Shown here: one piece after another, positions 1 to 9,460 of the stretch
How positions within the stretch are numbered: position 1 is the stretch's first letter
Layout: each line of letters starts with the position of its first letter
Source: Promethearchaeota archaeon
Lineage (GTDB): Archaea > Asgardarchaeota > Lokiarchaeia > Sigyniarchaeales > SOKP01
Assembly (NCBI GenBank): GCA_019057795.1
Contig: JAHLWS010000063.1
Coordinates: 1 to 63,649 of the forward strand
DNA: 63,649 nucleotides
Reading direction: 5' to 3'
Made by a program: the position numbers and the translations under genes
The notes under the pieces: generated by a model
What the model was told of the DNA's origin: nothing
Databases searched by the model: none
What the model saw: the letters and a program-made list of their open reading frames with translations, nothing else

Positions 1-18
1 CCCCCCCCCCCCTATTAA

Positions 19-222
19 CCACCAACCCCACCCCCCCCCCCCCCAGCTTCATATGCATCTAGAGCACGGCCACCTGAAACAGTTTCTGAACCTACTCCAG
101 AACCGGAACCAGAACCAAATTATCAGCCTACACCAGAACTTGAACCTGAACTAGTGCCAGAATCAGAAAAAACCGAAGAAAGTGAAGAAGAAACAAGTAA
201 AGACGAATCCATAGAAGAATAA
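19..222 (+). CDS. 3' end of a gene truncated by the window edge: poly-proline, PE-repeat and acidic tail
   Basis: Frame 1 reads PPTPPPPPPASYASRARPPETVSEPTPEPEPEP...EESEEETSKDESIEE* to TAA 220-222. An in-frame TAA at 16-18 lies between poly-C runs and may be a homopolymer error. Confidence 0.6.
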   Translation, partial: PPTPPPPPPASYASRARPPETVSEPTPEPEPEPNYQPTPELEPELVPESEKTEESEEETSKDESIEE

Positions 223-322
223 GAAGGAACTTTGATGGAAGTGTTGATTTTTATTCTGAAAAGCCTTATGTACTTTTTCTATAGATAATATCGCATGTCT
301 TAACGCTATGCGGTAACCTAAA

Positions 323-1600
323 CTATCTGATTTTTCCTTTTTTTATATTTCGGGAGAGATAAATTAAAATAATTAAAATTAAGAGTCCAAAAATCACGAT
401 AAATATAAAAATCGCGTAAATATTAATTTCAACAACATATCCTGCTATGATAGGGGTGAAACCGAAGCCCATCCCTATTAATATTTCGTTTATAGTCGAA
501 TATTTTGCTGTATTTTTTGCAGTTCCATACTCGAGCATAATTTTCATTGCAGTACCATGGATTAAACCAAAGAATAGCCCAACAATCATAGTTATTATCG
601 AGATATACCAAATATTTCCAATAAAAAGAATTGACATTGATATCATAATAACTGCAATTGTACTTACCAATATAGATATTTTGCGTCTATAAATTTTCAT
701 CACATTAATCCAAGTTAAACCTATAACTTGTGCTAATTGCAATCCCGCTTGTACGAGATATGTTAGATAAGAAGGATGTGAGAAAGTCTTTAAAAAGACG
801 GGGTAACTAAATAAGAAAATCGATTTTGAAGTAGCTAGGAATAATATTCCAAGCCATGAGACCAAAATAGGATATACGATCATGGGGGTAATAGATTTTG
901 GGTATGAGTTAACTTTGAGGTTTTCTTCAGAAGTAAATATTTCTAATTGCCTTTCTGATGCTCCATCTAAATGTTGCGTTCTTGATTCTTTTTTTAAGAA
1001 GAAACTAATTGGGATTAACAGAAACGATAAAGACCATGAAATTACCATGGTAAAGTAATCGTTCCAAGTAAAAGCCCAAATATAACCAATAAGGAGGCCA
1101 AAAATGAATCCAAAGTTCCAAGAAAAATTAAAATTTCTAAAATTCTTATTTGACCGTTCAATATTACTATTGTTTTGCCATTTGCTTAATAAATTGAGGA
1201 AATTTGGCCAAACTAATCCTAAGGTTAACCCTAAAATTACACGACACACGATTAAATACCAAGTCTCGAAATAAATCATCTGTGCACCGGTCAAGAGCGG
1301 TGTAACGAGCGATGATAATATGATAGCGTTACGAACGCCTATTTTTGAAGTAATTACTTGCCCAATAATAGGTGCAAAGATATAGGCAATTGCTCCTGCT
1401 GAGGTTATTATCCCTAAAGTGCTTTCATTAATGTCTACAACAAAATATAGATAATTTGACAATGCTCTTTCAAATATAGAAAAATAAATTAACCTTACAA
1501 ACGCAAGCCAAAATATTGGCCAAGCTCGATAATCTTCTGAAGATCGGTTCACTACTGCTTTTTCGTCTTGATAGAGGGGGGAATTTTTCGCGATTGGCAC
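323..1600 (-). CDS. MFS transporter
   Basis: About 12 hydrophobic segments, motif-A-like GQVITSKIGVR, central hydrophilic loop. Confidence 0.85.
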   Translation of the reverse strand: MPIAKNSPLYQDEKAVVNRSSEDYRAWPIFWLAFVRLIYFSIFERALSNYLYFVVDINESTLGIITSAGAIAYIFAPIIGQVITSKIGVRNAIILSSLVTPLLTGAQMIYFETWYLIVCRVILGLTLGLVWPNFLNLLSKWQNNSNIERSNKNFRNFNFSWNFGFIFGLLIGYIWAFTWNDYFTMVISWSLSFLLIPISFFLKKESRTQHLDGASERQLEIFTSEENLKVNSYPKSITPMIVYPILVSWLGILFLATSKSIFLFSYPVFLKTFSHPSYLTYLVQAGLQLAQVIGLTWINVMKIYRRKISILVSTIAVIMISMSILFIGNIWYISIITMIVGLFFGLIHGTAMKIMLEYGTAKNTAKYSTINEILIGMGFGFTPIIAGYVVEINIYAIFIFIVIFGLLILIILIYLSRNIKKGKIR

Positions 1601-1740
1601 AATTTTTCTATTTTTTTCTTATATTTCGAAAAAAATGGTGCTTTGCTCAAATATTTTCTTAAATTATTAAATAAGGTTCAAATAATCTAAATATTTTGAT
1701 GTTAATTAATAAAAAGTAAAAGAGATAAATCCCTCGTTAT

Positions 1741-2379
1741 TTATGGCAATTGTTTTTGTTTTCTTAATTTTGGTACAAACATATGGACATTTTTCTTATA
1801 ATCCTCATAAATTTTACCAAATTCTTTAACTAATTCTTTTTCCTCTTTCCATGCAACGAGGAAATTTAATAGAATTATTACAGGAGTAATAAGTAAAGAA
1901 AAGAACGAAGATAACAGAAAAGAGATTCCTATATGTGCTAATATTCCGCCAAAGTATTGTGGATGCCTAATTACGGAATAAATTTTGGTTGAAACGATCT
2001 TTTCTGTCCTATGTGTTTCTGCTACTTTAAGAGTAGTTAGTTTTACACTTACGATTCCAAACCAAGCTCCTATTAAAATAAAAGGGATAGAAACTAATAA
2101 ATGGAATAATGGTATTGAAAAATTAATTATTGGAATAGATATAACGAAATTTTGAAAAATTGGAGTAATAAACATAGGTTGAGGTGAAATCCAAATTCCA
2201 AACCAAAATATAAAAAAACCCCATCCCGAAGTGAGACCGAGTATTGCGGTAATTTTATTACCTTTATCCTTTCCATATTTTATTTGAAATTTTAAATGTT
2301 CAACTGATAAAAAATGAAGTGGTACCATAGAACACATACCTAAGATGGAAATAATAAACCAGATATATATTTTTAACAA
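1741..2379 (-). CDS. ICMT/PEMT-family membrane methyltransferase
   Basis: IYSVIRHPQYFG and EEKELVKEFGKIYEDYKKNV motifs. Confidence 0.85.
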   Translation of the reverse strand: MLKIYIWFIISILGMCSMVPLHFLSVEHLKFQIKYGKDKGNKITAILGLTSGWGFFIFWFGIWISPQPMFITPIFQNFVISIPIINFSIPLFHLLVSIPFILIGAWFGIVSVKLTTLKVAETHRTEKIVSTKIYSVIRHPQYFGGILAHIGISFLLSSFFSLLITPVIILLNFLVAWKEEKELVKEFGKIYEDYKKNVHMFVPKLRKQKQLP

Positions 2380-2452
2380 CTTCTCCTTTCATTTTTTATA
2401 ATTTAATTTTTTAACATTAATTAGACTATGATAATCTGATATAAATTTTCTA

Positions 2453-3295
2453 TTATTGTAAGTCTTGAATGATTGCTTCCATTCGTTTTTTTACATTACT
2501 TCTTAGATATCGATGATGATCAGTTGGTATATAGAACTTTTCACCCTTTAGAGCTTGAAACAATACTTCAGCCACTTTTTTTGGAGATATTCCATTTTCA
2601 ATCGATTGTTGATAAGCTTTCATAATTTGTTCTAATTCTGGATTAGTTGTTATGTCATGATGTAATTCTTTGGGTCGATTTCTATCGCTTTCTGTAAGTT
2701 TCGTAAACGCGAGTCCAGGACATAGAGCTAGAACTTTTATTTTCCCGTCGAAACGCTCTAACTCATATTTTAAAGATTCAGAGAGCGCGATTATGGCGTG
2801 TTTAGTTATACTATAAATTCCTGTTCCTATCGTTGGAATCATTAATCCTGCCATAGAAGCTGTATTGATGATATAGCACTCAGAATCTTGTTTGAGCATT
2901 ATTGGAACAAAAATGTGAATCCCATGAATGACCCCCCAGATATTTACATCAAAAATCCATTTCCATTCAGATAAAGAGTTTTCCCAAATAGTTGTTGATG
3001 ATTTATTAGCAAAACCAACGCCTGCATTATTGCATAATATATCTATTGCGCCAAAATGATCGATAGTTTTTTGGGCTAAGGTTTTAACATCTTCAATTTT
3101 CGAAACATCTGTCAGAACAGTTAAAACATTTGGACTTATTTCTTTCAATTCCTTTTCAGCTTGAGATAACGCGTCTAACTCAATGTCGGCTAAAACAATT
3201 TTCATACCCTCTCGTAAAAACTTTTCGGCTATGCCACGCCCGATCCCGCTGGCAGCACCGGTAATTACAGCTACTTTATCAGAAAATTCTTTCAT
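2453..3295 (-). CDS. Short-chain dehydrogenase/reductase
   Basis: TGAASGIG, NNAG, YSITK. Confidence 0.95.
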   Translation of the reverse strand: MKEFSDKVAVITGAASGIGRGIAEKFLREGMKIVLADIELDALSQAEKELKEISPNVLTVLTDVSKIEDVKTLAQKTIDHFGAIDILCNNAGVGFANKSSTTIWENSLSEWKWIFDVNIWGVIHGIHIFVPIMLKQDSECYIINTASMAGLMIPTIGTGIYSITKHAIIALSESLKYELERFDGKIKVLALCPGLAFTKLTESDRNRPKELHHDITTNPELEQIMKAYQQSIENGISPKKVAEVLFQALKGEKFYIPTDHHRYLRSNVKKRMEAIIQDLQ

Positions 3296-3437
3296 AATTT
3301 AAATTATACTGATTATATTTATAAAATTTACACTCAAAACCAATTAATAAAAATTGGACTAAAAATCTTTTTTTAACTGTTAATGTTGTTTTACTATTGT
3401 ATAGTTTAAATTCGATTTATTATTTGCCTAAAAAATT

Positions 3438-3761
3438 ATGTCTGACACCAATTTTAATTATTGTCCCAATTGTGGTAAGAAAATACAAAAATCTACTGTC
3501 AGAAAGGTTAATTTTTGTTGTTATTGTGGGCGAGAATTTAAAAACAAGAATGAATATTTACACGACAAAATACAATGCACAGTTTGTCACGAATTTATCT
3601 GGCATGGAAGAAATCGAACTATTAAATGTTCTTTCTGCGGTAGCCAATATCATCATTCGTGTGCATCGTCTTGGTTAACGAAGTATAACTCGTGTCCTAT
3701 GTGCCAAAATGTATTTTTAAATCCAACTTTAATTTTTTCGGAAAAACATAGGTACAAGTAA
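3438..3761 (+). CDS. Zinc-ribbon plus RING-finger protein (putative E3 ligase)
   Basis: N-terminal CPNC..CCYC; C-terminal CTVC..CSFC..HHSC..W..CPMC with RING-type spacing and the conserved Trp. Confidence 0.75.
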   Translation: MSDTNFNYCPNCGKKIQKSTVRKVNFCCYCGREFKNKNEYLHDKIQCTVCHEFIWHGRNRTIKCSFCGSQYHHSCASSWLTKYNSCPMCQNVFLNPTLIFSEKHRYK

Positions 3762-3900
3762 AAACGAATAAAAAGATTTATTCTGTAAAAATTTGAGCTT
3801 ACAAGATTAAGTCATTGGAATTTATCGTCCAATTTGTGTGATTTGTTAAACAATCACAATATTTATTATAGTCTGAAAAATTAGTAAAAATTGAGATTAT

Positions 3901-4677
3901 ATGAAAACTACAATCTATTATTTTTCTGGAACGGGTAATTCTTTGAAGATTGCGAGAGATATTGCCGAAAGGTTGGAAGAGTGCGAATTAGTACCAATTG
4001 CAAAGGTTTGGCAACAAGATCAGCTCGCATCGACTAGTGAAAAAGTTGGTTTTATTTTTCCCCTTTATTATTATGGTCTTCCCAAAATTGTATTTGATTT
4101 TATAAATAACATAGAACTTGCTAAGTCCAATTATTTTTTTGCCGTGGTTACGAGGGCTGGAGATGCGGATGGCGCACCTTTGCAACAGTTAGATAATATA
4201 CTTGAAACGAAAACGAAAAAGCTTAATGCCGGATTTTTTATCAGAATGCCGAGTAATTTTATAATAGGTTATAACACAGACTCAGAAGCCGTACAAAAAG
4301 AGTTTTTTGAGAATTCTATTAATCAGGTTGAAAAAATCACTAATATTATAAAGGAAAACGGAGAAATTTTTCAAAAAGGTATGCGAACAAGCGAGAGAAT
4401 GAATAAGAAGTTCCGTGAGAAAGTTTACGCTAGTGACAAATCCTTTTACGCAGAGGACAATTGTACAGGTTGTGGTATATGTGAAAATGTGTGTCCTGTT
4501 AATAATATCATTCTTACAGAAGGTTTACCACAATGGCAACATAAATGTCAGCAATGTTTAGCGTGCATTAATTTTTGTCCTGAGAAAGCAATTCAATTTG
4601 ATACTAAATCTTTAGAAACAGGAAGATATCACCATCCTGAAATTACAGTTCAAGATATAATGAACCAGAAAAAGTAA
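3901..4677 (+). CDS. EFR1-family flavodoxin/ferredoxin fusion
   Basis: YFSGTGNS; CTGCGICENVCP and CQQCLACINFCP; C-terminal RYHHP. Confidence 0.9.
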   Translation: MKTTIYYFSGTGNSLKIARDIAERLEECELVPIAKVWQQDQLASTSEKVGFIFPLYYYGLPKIVFDFINNIELAKSNYFFAVVTRAGDADGAPLQQLDNILETKTKKLNAGFFIRMPSNFIIGYNTDSEAVQKEFFENSINQVEKITNIIKENGEIFQKGMRTSERMNKKFREKVYASDKSFYAEDNCTGCGICENVCPVNNIILTEGLPQWQHKCQQCLACINFCPEKAIQFDTKSLETGRYHHPEITVQDIMNQKK

Positions 4678-4733
4678 AAAAAAAAATGGCAAGAATTTTC
4701 TGGACAAAAAGAATTAATTATTATTCAGATATA

Positions 4734-5318
4734 TTACATTGGTTGGGTTGGGATTAATTCATTTAAAATTGTATTACAGTCAACTAGGAATTCATTTCTA
4801 AGGTCTTCGCAGACAACCCAAGCTTGTTTAAAGGTCCCATTTCCCCAAGGTTCCTCGTTTTCATCAGTTTTTAAAGCCGTTAATTTTGGTTTGATGTCGT
4901 GAAGCATTTTATTATATGCGTCCTCGAAAAGTCCTTGCGATATTAATACTTGTAATGAAGTTAATTTATTAATTATTGTATTTTTTCTATTTTGGGCGGG
5001 TTTTCTCCAACACTCGTCAGGTGATTCACTAATGTAATCAATTAGGTCATCTATTATAGAAATTACATCGGGCTCTACCACATCGGGCTCTACCACATCG
5101 GGCTCTACCACATTTGGCTCTACCACATCTAGCTCTACCACATCTGGTGGTTGAGTTTCAACAACATTATCGATATTCACATCTTCAACCATTTTATCTT
5201 CAAGTACATTATTGGTAACATAATTTCCATTAGCTGAACAAGAAGTCACTATTAATACGGCTAAAAAACTTGTAAGAAAATAAATTAACTTCCTATTGTG
5301 TAAGAATTTTTTTTTCAT
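4734..5318 (-). CDS. Secreted/lipoprotein-like hypothetical protein with PDVVE repeat linker
   Basis: Basic N-terminus, hydrophobic helix ending LIVTSC, pentapeptide repeats, helical C-terminal domain. Confidence 0.7.
   Translation of the reverse strand: MKKKFLHNRKLIYFLTSFLAVLIVTSCSANGNYVTNNVLEDKMVEDVNIDNVVETQPPDVVELDVVEPNVVEPDVVEPDVVEPDVISIIDDLIDYISESPDECWRKPAQNRKNTIINKLTSLQVLISQGLFEDAYNKMLHDIKPKLTALKTDENEEPWGNGTFKQAWVVCEDLRNEFLVDCNTILNELIPTQPM
5065..5147. repeat. 15-bp tandem repeat, about 5.5 copies (ACATCGGGCTCTACC)
   Basis: Three identical copies at 5065, 5080 and 5095, then diverged copies. Encodes (P/L)(D/N)VVE on the minus strand. Confidence 0.95.
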
Positions 5319-5582
5319 TTTAAAATCTCCAATATTATAACTGGATTATGAAAAGATAATGTTGATCGAATATTTAATAATTTTGCTCATTTTGCTTTTT
5401 TTAAATATTAAAAAGAACAGATTATTAAGCTTATAATAATTTGAAGATTGAAAATCGTGAATGTAATAACGCTTTAGTGTCGTAATTTTTATAATATTTC
5501 TTTTAAAAAAATTAAATTAAAAGATCTAATCATTTTTATTTTTTATTTTTTTTATTTTATTAAGAATCTCATTATTTATCTA

Positions 5583-6230
5583 TTAAAGATTTTGATAGTA
5601 CAAGCAATTTTCAGATATGGGGCAAAGCTCGCATTTAGGGTTTTTTTTCGAGCAGATTTTGTTTCCAAAATCAAGAATCGCCCAATACATACGTTTGCAA
5701 ACCGTCTTAGGCAATAACCTATCTAAATTCGCGTAAATAACATCAATTTTTACTTTTGAGTTTGAAGATTCGAACGCTCTCGAAACAAACCTATTAATAT
5801 TTACATCAAGAAAAAAGGTTCGTTTGTCCAATCCAAAACATAAAAATGCGTTGCTTACATAATCGGCAATTCCGTTGATTTTTTTAAGTATTTCAGGATC
5901 GCGAGGGATTTCTCCGTTATATTCCGTTAATACCATCGCACTTAAGTCCTTCAATATTTTAGCGCGTTTGTTGGATAACCCTAAAACTTCAATGTCTGAT
6001 TGTAGCTGACTAATCTCAGCCTTAAAAATATCAGCGAAGCCTTTATATTTCGCAAAAAAATCGTTATACATATTAGAAACGTTTATAGCTATAGTTTTCT
6101 GCAGTAAAATTTCGGTAATCAATATTTGATATAGGTTTTTTGATTTTCTCCACGGGTACTCGCGTTTGTTTTCGTTGTACCAATCTAATAATTTCTTTCT
6201 AATTGAGATGTAGTTATCTTCTTTATCCAT
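5583..6230 (-). CDS. mig: HhH-GPD DNA glycosylase, Mig-like (T:G mismatch)
   Basis: YPWR, ILITEILLQKT, LGLSNKRA, HhH GIADY (Tyr, not Lys), LDVN, 4Fe-4S CSKKNPKCELCPISENC; no MutY C-terminal domain. Confidence 0.75.
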   Translation of the reverse strand: MDKEDNYISIRKKLLDWYNENKREYPWRKSKNLYQILITEILLQKTIAINVSNMYNDFFAKYKGFADIFKAEISQLQSDIEVLGLSNKRAKILKDLSAMVLTEYNGEIPRDPEILKKINGIADYVSNAFLCFGLDKRTFFLDVNINRFVSRAFESSNSKVKIDVIYANLDRLLPKTVCKRMYWAILDFGNKICSKKNPKCELCPISENCLYYQNL

Positions 6231-6365
6231 TTTTTATCTTGTTTTAAACTTAGTTATGAATTCTATAAATTTTCAACTTATCGTTATTGTTATTAATTAA
6301 ATATTAATTAGATTTTATTCTTATTATAGATTTTTTCACCTAGTACTGATTCTTTTAATATTAAA

Positions 6366-7508
6366 ATGTCTGAGAAAAAAAATTTCATAATAGATTTGTT
6401 CAGTGGAGCTGGAGGTTTATCGCTAGGTTTTGAAATGGCAAATTTTCACGTTGGATTAGCGATAGAATTAGAAGAAAATTATTATAATGCGTATAAATTA
6501 AATCATCCCGAAACTTTATGCTTAAATAGAGATATAACAGAATTAGATTGCGGAGAAATCCTAGATAAATTCGTTAAGAACATAGAAATTAGCGGGATTA
6601 TTGGAGGGCCCCCTTGTATGGGATTTTCTACTGTTGGAAATCGAAGACCAGACGATCCTCGAAACACGTTAATTTATTATTTTATTCAATGGGTTAATTA
6701 CTTTAAACCACAATTTTTCGTCATGGAAAATGTTCCTGGAATTTTATCGATGTCAAAAGGAAAGGTAGTAGAAAAAGTTATTGAGTTGTATAGCGAAATA
6801 GGTTATTCATGTAAAATGGAAGTGTTATTAGCGGCAGATTATGGCGTTCCACAATTAAGACGAAGGGTGTTTTTCATAGGAACTCCAGAGGATTCGGTCT
6901 TTTCGTTAAAGATTCAAAAAACAAATAGAAAGACTGGTATTCAGAAAGGATCTTTCGAGAAAGACGCACTACCTTCTTATTTTACGGTAAAAGACGCGAT
7001 TTCCGATATTCTTGACATAAAACCTTTTGTTAAAAAACGTACAGAAAATTTAGTTAAGGAATATTCACATCCACCAAAAACGCAATTTCAAGATTATTTA
7101 AGGAGAGAGTCGGATAAGTTATACGATCATTTTGCCCCAAATCACAGCGAATTAGTAATGAAAAGGATTTCTCACATTAATCAAGGCGAGAACCATATTT
7201 CTTTGCCGAAGGAGTACCAACTTAAAGGAGGGTATCCTAATATATATGGTAGACTTCATTTAAATAAACCCGCAGATACTATTACGGGAAATTGTGGTTG
7301 CGTAAGCGCCCCAGGTAGGTTTATCCATCCTACACAGAATAGAGCGATCTCCATTAGAGAAGCCGCGCGATTGCAATCATTCCCAGACAGGTATAGGTTT
7401 TGCGGAAACATGAGCGATAAATATAGGCAAGTTGGAAACGCAGTTCCTCCATTAATGGCTTACGCAGTAGCTAAATCAATCAATAAATTACAAAAAATAC
7501 CTCTTTAA
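6366..7508 (+). CDS. dcm: DNA cytosine-5 methyltransferase
   Basis: DLFSGAGG, GGPPCMGFS, ENV, QLRRRVF, REAARLQSFPD, QVGNAVPP. Confidence 0.95.
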   Translation: MSEKKNFIIDLFSGAGGLSLGFEMANFHVGLAIELEENYYNAYKLNHPETLCLNRDITELDCGEILDKFVKNIEISGIIGGPPCMGFSTVGNRRPDDPRNTLIYYFIQWVNYFKPQFFVMENVPGILSMSKGKVVEKVIELYSEIGYSCKMEVLLAADYGVPQLRRRVFFIGTPEDSVFSLKIQKTNRKTGIQKGSFEKDALPSYFTVKDAISDILDIKPFVKKRTENLVKEYSHPPKTQFQDYLRRESDKLYDHFAPNHSELVMKRISHINQGENHISLPKEYQLKGGYPNIYGRLHLNKPADTITGNCGCVSAPGRFIHPTQNRAISIREAARLQSFPDRYRFCGNMSDKYRQVGNAVPPLMAYAVAKSINKLQKIPL

Positions 7509-7699
7509 AATAATACAAAATTATCTTTTAATATTGTCCTCTGCTATTTTTAATTCAATTCCAAATTCAACATCAAATCTAACATTTTTGATTTGACTTC
7601 TTTGTATAAATTGAGAAAAATTTAAATATTTGTCTATTAAATAATGTCTTGCTCTAAAATCTAATTTAAATAATAAATAATAAAAAATAAATTTAAAAA

Positions 7700-8005
7700 G
7701 TGAAATTAATGGCATATTTTTTAACTACATCTTCATTTCCGCCCCATAAGGCGACTGAGATGGGAAAAGCGTTTCAGAATCTACCTAAATTACCCGATTT
7801 CGTTAAAAGGCTCTTTATTTTCATAGTGCCTAGTAGTGATATTAAAGCTTACGCTCTATATGAAGTTCCAGATGATAAAGCTCACGAAGGATATGTCGCA
7901 ATTACAAAGTTATCTACGGCTTATTTTGGAATTGAAGGATATAAATTCACAGTAGAGTCTTTATTGACTGCAAAAGAAGCTTTAGCTTTAATAGGACTCG
8001 GTTAA
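7700..8005 (+). CDS. Small hypothetical protein, paralog of 10852-11157
   Basis: Shared pattern between the two proteins: P..FVKR/YVKK, IEGY(K/R), C-terminal LIG(L/M). Confidence 0.75.
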   Translation: MKLMAYFLTTSSFPPHKATEMGKAFQNLPKLPDFVKRLFIFIVPSSDIKAYALYEVPDDKAHEGYVAITKLSTAYFGIEGYKFTVESLLTAKEALALIGLG

Positions 8006-8175
8006 GAACCAAAAAAACTACTAATTAAAAATTTCTTAAATTTTTTTTTTTCTTATTCAAATAATTGGATAATTATCAATTAGTTTGATGATTAAAAATA
8101 TAAATTAAGAATTTCAAACACTATTTAAGCAATTAACATAATTTTTGCAATCCCATAAAAATAATAAAAACAATT

Positions 8176-9357
8176 ATGTATGATGTAATTATTTCTGGAG
8201 CCGGCCCCGCAGGGTCAAAGTGTGCTGAGCATCTAGCTAAAAAAGGATTTAAAGTGGCGTTAATCGAACGGGATACAACTTGGAGAAAGCCAGGTGGTGG
8301 AGGTTGTAGTGTAAGATTATTCAAATATTTTCCCCAATTAAAGAAACTTGATCTTATTAATAAACACACTATAGCGATGTATTCGGCAGACTACACTAAA
8401 TTTGAATATAATTATAAAGATTATAATGAATATTCGTTTGTAATGGACAGATTAAAATTTGATAACGTAATTAGAGATATTGCAATTGACGCAGGAGCAG
8501 AACTATTTGATAAAAACATGTCATTTGATTTTGTTTATAAAAATGGACAAAAAATAGGGGTTAAAACAAAAAGTTCGAGCGGAGTTAATGAATTTTATGG
8601 CAAAATAATAATAGTTGCGGATGGTATGAGTTCCAAATTGGCATTAAAGTCTAACATAAGGCGTATTTGGAAGGTGGAAGATTTAGGCTTAGCAAAATGT
8701 GCAATTTTAGAAGGAGATAATAATTTGGATGTTAATAAGGTTTATTTTTATTTCCGTCCACATATGGGATACGGATGGATTTTTCCTATTTCTGATAAAC
8801 GCTTCAATGTTGGAGTTATTACATATAATAAGGATAATTATAGATTTAATGCGATAACTCTTTTTAAAAAGTTTTTAAAAGACCCAAATATCCAACAGCT
8901 CTTATATAAATCAAATTATAGCGAGATATGGTCTGGAGCTTTTCCTGAACCTGCGTGCGGTGTGCTTGAAAAAAGCCTATACGATAACAATTTAATGATT
9001 ATTGGGGATGCAGCTGGTTTCGTTGCACCCATAACGGGGGAGGGAATTCACGCAGGCGTAGTGTCCGGTCAAATTGCTGCTGAAACGGCTGTGGGTGCTT
9101 TAGAAAGAAACGATTTCTCTACCAAGGTTCTACAGGAGTATAAACGACATCCAAACATCAAAAAAATAATTAGGAACTTTAAATTAATGAAGTCATTTGG
9201 AAATTTCTTTTACGAAAAAAACGGTTTATATCTAAGTAATACATTCAAAATTGCTGAACAAGATCCAGAATTTAAAAAGATCGTGGCTGATGTATTTCTA
9301 TTCAATAAAATACCACCGAAAGATTTTATTGTAAAAATTAAAAATTATAAAACTTGA
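8176..9357 (+). CDS. Geranylgeranyl reductase-family flavoprotein
   Basis: GAGPAG, ADG, GYGWIFP, GDAAG, GEGI. Confidence 0.9.
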   Translation: MYDVIISGAGPAGSKCAEHLAKKGFKVALIERDTTWRKPGGGGCSVRLFKYFPQLKKLDLINKHTIAMYSADYTKFEYNYKDYNEYSFVMDRLKFDNVIRDIAIDAGAELFDKNMSFDFVYKNGQKIGVKTKSSSGVNEFYGKIIIVADGMSSKLALKSNIRRIWKVEDLGLAKCAILEGDNNLDVNKVYFYFRPHMGYGWIFPISDKRFNVGVITYNKDNYRFNAITLFKKFLKDPNIQQLLYKSNYSEIWSGAFPEPACGVLEKSLYDNNLMIIGDAAGFVAPITGEGIHAGVVSGQIAAETAVGALERNDFSTKVLQEYKRHPNIKKIIRNFKLMKSFGNFFYEKNGLYLSNTFKIAEQDPEFKKIVADVFLFNKIPPKDFIVKIKNYKT

Positions 9358-9460
9358 GTTTATTCACTTCATGCTCTACAGTAATTCGTTAATAACTTAA
9401 TGATACTTTAAAAATATAAAAAAAAAGATGTTTAGATTTTTTAGTACGATTTATTTTTAC

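Noticed and set aside
7521-7715. Possible restriction endonuclease remnant beside the C5 MTase
   Set aside because: No recognisable catalytic motif; the 5' part is low-complexity AT sequence.
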